Source: an uncultured Methanosarcinales archaeon (lineage in GTDB: Archaea > Nanobdellota > Nanobdellia > Woesearchaeales > SKGA01). From it: a stretch of 64,000 nucleotides of DNA. A program made the position numbers and the translations under genes. The notes under the pieces were generated by a model. It was not told the origin of the DNA. It saw only the letters and a program-made list of their open reading frames with translations, and made no database searches. Location: positions 6,414-70,413 of the forward strand of contig CAYRYB010000005.1 in NCBI GenBank assembly GCA_964428395.1. The letters are read 5' to 3'. Shown here piece after piece: positions 49,781-61,900 of the stretch (position 1 is its first letter; each line of letters starts with the position of its first letter).

Positions 49781-49802
49781 CGTTAAGTTTATAAATGATT
49801 TC
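49781..49802 (+). promoter_or_regulatory. second copy of the shared TATA-containing motif, upstream of the giant gene
   Basis: See 47795-47816. This copy lies about 125-175 nt upstream of the candidate start codons at 49927 and 49978. Confidence 0.45.
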
Positions 49803-49926
49803 ATTCATATAATGAACAACAAACTATTGTGGGAAGTAGTTATTGGAAGGGTGTGGATGTAATTTCTTCTGCAACAAAAACCACAAACAAAGATAGTGTT
49901 AGCTTTAAGGAAAAATTTCCTCAGGG

Positions 49927-52900
49927 GTGGGTTTTATTAGAAGTGTCACACGCAAGTTTAGTGTAATTGTAGTAATCATGTTTACGCTTGTTTTAGCGAT
50001 AGCATTCCTTCCTTCATTAACTACTTCTTCAACGGATAAAACTCTTTCTCTTTATTTTCCACAACTTTCCCAACGAACCTTAAATATCACATCACAAACA
50101 GGGAATTATACCATAGAAAAACTTACACGCTTGCCCATTGTCTTTAACCAACCGGTACAATGGGAACTCGTTCTTACCGACGGTGTACAACTCTTTAACG
50201 TGCAATATGAAACTCCTGCAATTTACTTAACACAAAGCCAAACAAACACAGTAAGTACTTGGCAAAAAACATTAACGTTTAGTACCAATTTTACTGAAGG
50301 ATACAGCAATATTTCTTATAAAGAATTCTTACCAACAGTTGCAAATCTCACTCTCACCCCTTCACTTAACTACACCCTTGGGTATAACAACGCTTTAACC
50401 TTTACGCTTCCACAACTTGATTTAAAAGAAATAGTCCATTTGCAAACCACCCTTCCCCAACTCACACCCGCAAATAGTACGAACACCGCACCTTTTCAAA
50501 ACAATACAAACACCACATCTTTTCAAAATGAAACCCTTTCTACAACAAACATCCTTTCACACCCGCAAGCAATGCCAGAGAGCAAACAAGCAAAAAATAA
50601 GTATGGTTTGTTTGCTTTACATTTGGCAAAAGGACAAATAAAGAAACTAGAACTATCAAACGATTTTTTATTAACAATTGAACTGGAAAATATTACTTCA
50701 TCAAACTCCACTATCTTACATATCGATTTACCAACTTCCTTACAAAAAAATGAATATCTTTACGTATGGTATGTTGCGTCAGCAGATTATTTTAAACAAC
50801 TACCTTACACGCTTTCTTCAAATAGAAAAACACTCTTACTTGACTTGGCAAACATACCTGTTACACCTTATCAAGGAAAGATGAATTTTAGACTTAAGAT
50901 AGGACTGCCCACCTACCCTGTCAACATTACTACAGTATCGCCTCAACAAGCAGATGTTATGGCAGATGGAAAAGAACTTGTTCTTACAACATCAAAAGGA
51001 AATTTGGCAAAGATACGTGTTGTTGATCCAAAAAATATTCCTTCGCTACCACCACGTGCAGGCGTTTTTACTCATAAACTGCTCAAATTTTCCTTAACTA
51101 ACCTAACATCACCAAACGTTACTATTAATTTAACGTTTGATTACCTGCCTAGAACTTTTCAACTCTGGAAATTTAATCCGAATACGAACGTTTGGTACAC
51201 GTTTCCTTACACAAAATTAACTGCAAATACTATTGCTTTAACTCTTGTTGATGGTGGTTTTGGCGATGATGATGGGATAGTCAATGGCATTATTGAAGAT
51301 GACTTAGGTATAACAACCGGTTGGCAAAACGAAAGTTTTTCCTGGAGAATGGCCTTTAATGTTTCAAACAACGGTGCGGGAGATTTAACAAATTACCAAA
51401 TGCTTGTTTTACTCAATACTTCAAACTTTAATTTTAGTAATGCGCAAGATGATTTAGATGATATACGCGTTGTGTATTATAATGCTTCATCAGATACAGA
51501 AACACTTCTTTCTTACTGGATAGAAAATTCAGGACTAAATTTTAGTGCTGGCAATGAAACTGCCCGTGTTTGGTTTAAAGCACCCTATCTAGCTAACAAT
51601 ACGAATACAACATTTTTTGTTTATTATGGCAATCCAACAGCAAACTCCATTGAAAATGGAAGTGCAGTCTTTTTGTATTTTAACGACTTTGAAACACAAG
51701 TTGGTTTTGATACAGGAGACATGATGCCTGTACGAAGCACTACACGGGTAAAACATGGAACGTATGGACTAGACGGTTTTGGAAGCGGTAGTTATGATCA
51801 AGCATACACCAGCGGACTTAATAGCAGTCGTAATATTATTTTAGAATCATGGGTGCAAGGAAGAGATTACACATCAGGACCAGATACTTCTCTTGCTGCA
51901 ATCATGGTTGGTCATCCACCAGGAGGCGCGGATCGAAACGGATACCAAGCATATCTTGATGAACGAGGAGCTCCCTACTTAGGAATACGAAGAGATTATC
52001 AATCAACACAAATAATTGCCAGCGCAGACTCACCTACCATTACTTTTGACACATGGTATCTTTTACAACTTACTTGGCTTAGTAATAACTCGTTAATTTT
52101 TCGAGTGTATGATACGAACTATAATCTTTTACAAACGTTGTCTGCTGTTGATTCCAATCATACTGATGGAGAATTTGGTGTTGGAGCATACTATAACGCG
52201 AGTTGGGATGACTTTCGAATGCGACAATGGGCAAGTCCAGAACCAAACATAGCAAGCGTTATAGGAAGTGAGTTCGTAGGAATAATTAATATCAGTATTG
52301 ACAAGCCAACAGATGCTTCGCAACAAACTCGTTTACAATCATTTACCATGAATGGAACGCTCTCATGCTCGCGAGGAGATAATTGCGGTAATGTTTCAAC
52401 ATATTTTCAATATTATACAACTGCTGCACCGACACAAACATGGCTTCAAACATCATATGAAGATTTTAATAGCTCTTTGACATCAACAAACATTTCTGCA
52501 ACACAATCAGGAACAATTCTTCTTAATGTAACTAATGGTGGTGCGCAATGGTGGAACACGCAATGGCCTTACCGACAAGACTTTGAAATAACAAACGTAA
52601 CTGCAAATGTTACTGATTATTCGTTTAAAATTCAACTTAACAGCTCGCTTGTTGGTACTCATTTTAACTGGACAACAGCATTTAATGAGAGTCGGTTTGT
52701 ATGGGTAAATGAGACTTCTGGTCTTTTGGAATCGTGTAACTATTGGATTGAAAACTGGAACATTGCAGGACAAAATGCTACCATTTGGGTGAAAATTCCT
52801 TTTTTAGAAAGTGGAATGAATACTTCAGTGTATCTCTACTATGGCAATTTGAATGCTCTTTCGCAATCAAATTCTAGCAACACGTTTTTGTTTTATGATG

Positions 52901-55900
52901 ACTTTAGTGATGGTAAGACTGATAAATGGACTGTACAAGGAGGAACATGGCAAGTAGAAAACAATGAATCTTATTATCAAACAACAGCTATAGCATCTTA
53001 TCTGATTACTGAAGCAGGGGATAGTTCTTGGCAGGATTACACTATAGACACGCGAATAAATATGACGGGTTTAGCAGGCTCAACTTATTTTGCAGGAATA
53101 CTTTACCGATACCAAGACGTAGATAATCATTATGCAGTTATTTTAGATGACCGAGATAATGACAGTATTTGGCTTCGACAATGGGTGGGAGGAGATTATG
53201 CATCACACAACCCTCAAGAATGGACAGACGTTACCATTAATTTAGATGTTTGGAGTCCTTTACAAGTGGATATTTTTACAAATAAAGGTGGAACACATAC
53301 ATTAAGAGCTCACTTTGACGGAAAAGTAAAAGAATATAATTACTCAACATTTAATTCAGGAAAAATAGGGTTGATGACATATAACACGCAACCACGTTAT
53401 GATTATGTTCGTGTACGAAAATTTACAACATCTAACTTAGTATTAAAAAATAATTCTGAAGAAGAATTACTTGTAGCGTCTAATGGAAGTTATTATTCAG
53501 ATATTCACGATTTTACATCTCAAGATGTTAGTTTTGGAAATATTTACTGGACAGCATTAACACCTAATCAAACTAACTTAGATATTTACACTCGTTCATC
53601 AGTAGGTTTAGGAGGAACATGGTACTCACCAAATTGGCCTTATCAAAGAGAAATAAATGTGAGCAATACTGCAGGTGATCAAGAAGAGTATCAAATATTT
53701 ATTGAAGAAAATCTTTCATCGGCTTATGCTGCAGGAAAAATAAACGCTAATTGTAGTGATGTGCACTTCACCTATCTTAATTTAACGTCATTATTACAAC
53801 AAGAAGTCTCCTTTTTTACCGATGACTGTAACCTCACTGCTAGTGATATTGCACAGTTCTGGGTAAAAATGCCTCTCTTAGAAAATTCATCAGCAAATAA
53901 AATATTTCTTTATTATGGTAACAACACTTTAGTTGACGCAAGTGACATTGATGCAACCTTTAGTTATACAACTCCTCGAAGAATTGGATACATTGTAAGC
54001 AGCAAACTTGCAGCGAATGGTTTGAAGCTTACTAGTTTTTCAAATGGAAATGAAATAGATGTTGGTTCAAATACGTACAATCAAGATTATCTTAATGTAA
54101 CAGATATTTCTTTTACATCAGCATCTGATGAAATTAAAGTAAAAAATTTAGCACAACTTGCAGGACGAGGAATGAACGGAGATAGTATTGTTCCCATTTC
54201 TTGGGCAGGAACATTTTTTACCTACGATGGTATGCGAGCAAGTGACGACACTATATGTATGCTTAGTCCCTATGGTACTGCTTTTGTAAACATCAGTGAA
54301 CTTGGTGTTGAACGATGGTCGGGAAATGTTACTAGTGCAGGTTATTGTTATAATGGAACAGATTTCTCAGCAAACAACGCTTTGATTATTAATGCAACAT
54401 TACCTATTTTAGCATTTCATGATGGAGGACTTTCAAGCAATGAGGATGCATGGCCTTTTTATCCAGCACAAAATGAACCTCTATATGGAACATCGTCAAC
54501 AACCACTCCTATAGGAGTTGGTTCAAGTATTACTTCTCTTGTTTGTTATGGAGATAATGGAACATCTCAAGCAGCAAACAATATTCCTGCATATCAAGAT
54601 AGTTCTTGTGGTACATTAGGTGTTAGTAATCGAAATCAAGGCTTAGGGGCTGCTGTAAAAATTGTTCCTTCTACAGGTTATATTGGTGCAATTCAACAAG
54701 CAGATAGTGATGGAACAGAATCAACAACATATGCTCCCCGAAGAGAGATGGGAACAAGAATGGGCTCTGGACAAGACACACAATATATTGCTATTGTTAC
54801 GCCTTACGCAGGAGTGAATTGCAGTTTATATGATCAAAGTGGTTATGTAGCATCAAACATCACAACAACAAATTCTACGCAAGGTGTTGCAAAAGGCTGT
54901 TTTGGTTGTGGCAATAATAATGTATATGTTAATGGACCATGGGTTATGCAATGTGATAAGCCTGTATGGGCTTATTTTGAAAAAGACTATAATAATGAAG
55001 AAACATCACTTCTTAACCAAAAACAAATGCGTCAATATGTTTATCCATCACCGACAACAGCAATAAGTACAAAAGAATGTAATTATACGGAAGTTTCTTT
55101 GCATCCTGAAACATATTTTCTTTGGTCGCCTTGGTTTTTAGAAACAAATGGTACAGCAATTAGTTCTCCAAGTAATCGTTATGTACAATATAAATCCATT
55201 TTTGGAACTACAAACACCACAAGGTCAGCAGTACTATATGATATATCTTTAGAATTCAAAATTATTACAAATACTTGGAAAAATATGGCATCTTCTGGCA
55301 CACTTTTTACGGCGAACAATCCTGTTTTTACATTACTTAACTCATCAGTTAATGCAACACCAACACTTTTGGTAGTGCCAAAAGAAACAGGAAATTATTC
55401 TTTGCGACTTTATGTAAATGGATCGGGATCTGAAAGCCCAGTAATTTCTTTAAATAGATCTATAGCAATTTTTATGCAACCAGCATTCTCTAGTTTTAGT
55501 ACTTCACAAACAACAGTACCAAGAGACGATACTATACCATTAACCGCACTCTTTCTTGATGACGTGGCATCACCAATGAAATATTATAACGTTACTTTTT
55601 ACGATGAAACGGGTAATGGTTCTCGTTATGTTATAGGTTCTGTTCTTACCGATAAAAATGGTTACGCAACACTTACTTATGTTATACCCTCTGATGCAAG
55701 CTATGGAGATCACACGCTTAATGTAAGTTATTTGGGTTCAACAGCATCGTTTATTAAACGTGCAGAAAGAACAACAACTATTCATGTCTCTTCAACACCG
55801 ATTATTCATTCAACCAGTACATCACCAACAAATTTTGGTTATGGTTTTAATATATCCATTTATGCAAACATTACTGACGGTGTGGGACTTGATAAAGTAT

Positions 55901-58900
55901 TTGTTACTATTACAAATGAATCATCACAAAATCAGACGCATGAAATGAACCTTATTAATGGTCTTTATACATACAATTTTAGCAATCCTTGGATAAAACA
56001 AAATTACACTTATACCCTTATTGCAAACAATACTGATGGTATAACTACAACACTTGGAGACAACTCTTTTTCATTATTTGTTCAAACACTTTTTGATTTA
56101 AACACAAGCAAGCAAGCATACAAAAATAACGAAGTAGTAACTCTTGCAACAACAAAAGGAAGATGGCCAAAAATGAATGGTTGGCTTTACAGAATACCTA
56201 TTAATTTAACTTCACAGGCGCAATTGTATGATTATCAAGTAGAAATTGATTTAGACTCAACAAACTTTAAATTCGATCAATCAAACAATGGTTCAGACAT
56301 ACGCTTTAGATATTATAATCAATCAACAGGAAACGAAACAAATCTTTCTTATTGGATACAAGACTATAATGAAACAGCAAAAACAGCAACTATCTGGGTA
56401 AAACTTCCAGAAATAACAAACACAACAAATACACTTTTTTATCTTTACTACAAAAACGATAATGTTACAACCACAAGCAATGGTACAGCGACTTTTATTT
56501 ATTTTAATGACATGGAAGGACCTTTTACCTGGACGGATTATGGTTCAGGAGATATTCGTCAAAGAAACTCGCGAGCATATAGTGGTATGTATTCTGCACA
56601 TAAAGAAAACAATAATGATCCAAATGGAGGCTATGACAATGTTGGTACAACATTCGGACGAAATGTTATCATGGAATTTTTGGTAAATAGAAACGCAGCA
56701 TACAGTGGTGGTGCATATGATAGAATAGGATTTATCGATAACTCTGGAAATGGTTACGGATGGGTATATGACCATAGTGGTAATAGGATTATAGCTGATG
56801 TAAGAAACAATTATAGTGCTTCAACATTAAGTCCTGTTTCAGCACCAGATGCTATGGACGAATGGGTCTTTGGACGTTTTATTGTAAAATCAAGCGGGGT
56901 TGTTGAAGCGTATCGTTACGTTAATGGAACGCTTTCAGGAAATATGGCAACAATAGATTCTAGTTATAATAGTTTTACACGAGTCTATATTTTTGGAGGA
57001 AACGATTACTGGGTTGATGACATACGCATTAGAAAAAGTGATGATACGGCATTTCTTAATGTGCAGTATGGAACAGAAGAGGTAGATGCACTAGGTCTTC
57101 TTAATCTTGCTAATACCAAGTTTAAAGGATATCTAAAAATGATTGTGCAACATTGGACAGGCAGTTCTTGGCAAAATATTCTTCCACCAATCATAGAAAA
57201 CCAAGAACACGTCTTAGATAATTACGAAATTTTAGATATATCGTCACTTTGGCAAACGGCAGGAGCATGGAATACAACAAATAGGAATCCTGGAACGTAT
57301 AGGATTTATGCTGTCATGGAAAATCCTAATAGAATCACATTAGAAAATTATGATGATAGTCTTCTTTTAGGAACGCATAATTTTACTATTAAAGAATCAG
57401 CAGTGAGACTCACTAATTTTACATACGAAAACAAATACGAAAAAGGATTAACTGAATACGAAACAGGAGATACTATTGATTGGATAAACGCAACCGTGAC
57501 AGCGTTTGACAATATTGCTTATGATGCTAACATTACCTTAAGTCTATTGGATAATGGTAAAATATCAACAGGATGGGGCCCCCAAGGAGAAACAAAACTT
57601 TGTGGTGACTTATTAGAGAATCAAACGTGTGAGAAACGATGGGATAATGCAACAAATGGTTATGCTATTCCAATAGATGCAACAACAGGTACGTATACTT
57701 TTTTTTGGGGAGTGAATTCTACTTCAAAGAATGGGCAAATATATAGTAATAAATCTATATCATTTTCTATTCACAATATACCTTCAACAGCCAACACTGT
57801 TCTTGGTACAACTCGAATCTATAAACCAAACAGCACCACCTACAACGTTACTTTCACTAATTTATGGACTAAAAATATTACTGCAGTAAACGTTTTTATT
57901 AATTGTCCTGTAGTTACGGGTTTTACCTGCATGAATATTACACCTCAAACTTTTGCAAGTATTGAAAATAATACGAACTTTACTGTGTCTTTTAACATAA
58001 CAGCTAATGAGAGTGTTTCTTCAAATGATTATGCTCTTTCTGTTCAATTAAATTATACTGATCCTGGAGAAGAAAATAGATCTTGGAATGATGTAGCAAG
58101 CACTTCTTTGGAGGTTCGACTAGCAGGAATATTGGTTATTACAGATAATACTCATCCTACAACGGTAACAAGAAGTCATTCCTCTTTTTTTAGTGCGTAT
58201 ATGAATAACACAGGAGATGTACTTGCAACAAATGCATGGCTTAATTATACTTTTCCTGCGTTTTGGAGTTTAACTGCAGGCACTCAAAACAAAACTTTTG
58301 CTTCAATTCCTATAAATGCAATTGCGTGGAACAATGTATCTTTACAACCATCACAAACGACAACGCTTGGATCAGCTTCTATTCGTTTAGATTCTAATGC
58401 GGATGATGGTCGAAACGATTTCAAACAATACACTGTGGTAGTTTATGCAAATACTACTCTTACTCTCACAAAAAACCTTTCAATAGTTAATCGGGGAGAA
58501 AAAATAAAACTAACAGGCACATTACATTATGATAATGGTACGGCGGTTTCTAACCAATGGATTTCTTTTTATGATCAAACAAGAGGAATTTATTTGGGAA
58601 CAAATAAAACAAATATTGCAGGACAAACAAGTATTGAATATTTTATTAATGCATCAACAACCTTGGGTGCTCATACTATTAATGCAAGTTACAATGGAAG
58701 TGATGCATTATATCTTCGAAGTGTTTTGAACAGAAGCAGTATTGATGTTCATGAGAAACCACAACTTTCAGGGATTATTATTTCTCCAAACCTAACCGGT
58801 TATGGAAATACTATTTATATTAATGTAACTATTACCGACGCAGATGTTTTTGATGAAATAGATGCTGCGTGGGTAAATATAACCTATCCTGATGAAACCA

Positions 58901-61900
58901 CCACAATATTTTCAATGACTAACGTTCCACCAGATGACTACTATCTTCTTTTTAATGATACGTGGCAATTGGGAAACTATACCTTAACTATTTATGCAAA
59001 TGATACAACCGGCGCATTAAATAAAAGTGACTTGTATACATTTACTCTTAATGCCAGTCTTTTGTTAGGGATGCAAACAACAAACGATACGTATTCGCAA
59101 AATGAATATGTAAATCTTACTTCTACATCAGAAACAACGTGGTGGAATGAAAACTGGCCGTATCGCGAAGCGATAAATATTACTAATACTGCTGGTAATC
59201 TTACAGAGTATCAAATATTTATCAATTATGATTTTGCAACGCCTTACTCTGAAGATCATATACAACAAGATTGTAGAGATATCCGTATCACGTATTATAA
59301 CACAACACGCAATAAAGAAGAAGAAATACCTTACAGTATAGATGTTTGTAACCTTTCTGATTCTACCAACGCAACACTTTGGTCAAAAATACCTTTCCTT
59401 ATCAATGGAACAACAACAATTTATCTTTATTATGGCAATCCAACAGTAAGCACAACACAAAATCTTACAGCAGTTTTTACATATACTACAAAACACACAA
59501 TTGGCTATGTGGTAAGTTCAACATCAGTAACTAATGGATTAACAATTGCTAGTTTGGATGACAACAATGATATTAGTGTAGGAAGTAATACGTATTCTAT
59601 GAATGAACTGCAAACGACAACTCTTTCTTCAGGTTTAAGTATAGGAACTAAAATTCAAGCAACAAAACTTGTACAAGTAGAAGGAAATGGAGATGATGAT
59701 GATATGATTGTTCCTGTATCTTGGGCGGGAACTGAATTTTCTTATGGAGGAATGGATTCTTCAACAGATACATTTTGTGTTGTAAGCCCTTGGGGAAATG
59801 CAACGGTAGAAGTACGAGATGCAGGAACGTTACGCACAACGATGACAGTAAATAGTACAGGAACTTGTTATGAGTATGATACTAATGCAAATGCTGCAAC
59901 AAGAATTAATTCAACTATTCCCATACTTGTCTTTCATAATGGAGGATCAAATGCCAGACGTGCATGGGCTTGGTACCCTGCGACAAGAAAAGATTTATTT
60001 TCAATAGTTTCAACAAGCACGCCTGTTGGCAATGGACCAAACGCTGCAATAGTGAATTGTTATGGTAGTGATGATAATTATGATGTTTGGAACTCGGTTT
60101 CAGCTAATGATGACTTCTCTTGCACAGGAATTACCAATACAGGAAGCGGTAGTGGTGCTGCAGTACGTATTACTACAAACCAGCCAATAGGCGCGATACA
60201 ATTTGCTGATGGAGATGGTGCAGATGCAACAACTGCGGTTCCACAACAAGAAATGAGCACTTTATTTGGCTCATCTTTAAATGCAGAATATATTGCAATT
60301 GCAACTCCTTATAAAAATACGAATTGTTCTGTTTATGATTCCTCAGGACTTGTGGGAACAACAACAGTAGCAGGGTCTGATGCAAACAAAGTCTATAAAG
60401 GTTGCTTTGGTTGTGGTAATAGTAATGTATATGTTAATGGACCGTGGAAACTAGAATGTACTAATCCTGTTTGGCCGTACTATGAAGAAGATACTGATAG
60501 TGATGAAACAAATCTTTTTGGTTATAAACAAATGAGACAATTTGTTTATCCAACACCACAAGTAAGTTTAACTGGAGAACAAAGCATTGGTTCAAAGATT
60601 TACAATAAGCAGACTAACATACATAAAGGTCGCTTACTTATGACTATTGAGCAAAATAATAGTGGTGTTTGGCAACACGTTGCAACAATTATTAATGATA
60701 CTACTGGTCTTCGCACCATTACTGCGACAGGACTTGATCTTGCAACTATTTGGAATCCTATCTCTTGGTTTACAGGAACTCACGATGCAGGAATGTATAG
60801 AGCATATGCAGAACTAGAAGATACATCACACGCTGTTCTTAAAAATTATGATGGAACAAACATAAGTGGTTCATGGAAATTTACTATAGAAGAACCTGCA
60901 TTAAATTTAAACATTTCAACTATTAGAATTTATGATGTTACCTCAACAGCAGAAGCAAATTGGAAAATCTATACGGGTAACCTCATTGATTCTGGACTTA
61001 ATAAGTCCTACACGTTATACAAAGATAATATTTATCGAGTAGAAGTAGATGTGGACAATGTAGGAAACGATGATTGGAACATTAATCAAACAAATATAAG
61101 TTACACTAATTTTAATTCAAGTTGGTTTATTAACGAAAGTGATTACCTTTGGTATTCTAATTTGAGCACTATTGCAACTAGAAGAACTGATACTTCAAAA
61201 ATGTCAGGAACATTTAATGGCTCTATTGATTGGAACATTACTTCTCTTGGAGGTATTGTGCCCTCTTTGGAAACGGCAACATTCTTTTTTATTGTTAATC
61301 TTACACAGGATGATACGAAGAACGTACGATTTAGAATTCAACATACTTCATTTGATAAATCAGATTATTCTACCTTACAAGCCATTATTTTCACAGCAAG
61401 TGCGCCATCTTTACTAAATAATATATACAATATTACGAAGACAAAAGTTATCAGAGGAAACACAACCCTTCTTTATGCGCGTTGGGATAAAACGATAGCA
61501 GAAGCAAATTTTACGTACAATACCGCAACGCCGGTTGGATATACAACTTACTCAAACAACAGCATAAATAATGCTGAAAACTGGACAAACCATACTTTAC
61601 AAACAGGATCAACATGGTTTTTAGGAAATCATAGCGCAAAAATAAGCGTAGAAGATCAAAGTGGTAATGTGAATGATACGCTTTCTTATTTGACTTTTGG
61701 TGTTTGGGGTCTTGCGCAACTTACTGATATACAACTAAACGCTAGCAATATCAATGTTGGTGAGACAACAGAAATTAAATGTAAAGTAACTGATTATACA
61801 GACTCGGATGCAGTAATTGCAGGTTACAATGTTAGTTTTAGAAATAGCACTGATACTATAGGATGGAATGTTACTGATGGAACTGGTTGGGCAGTATTTG

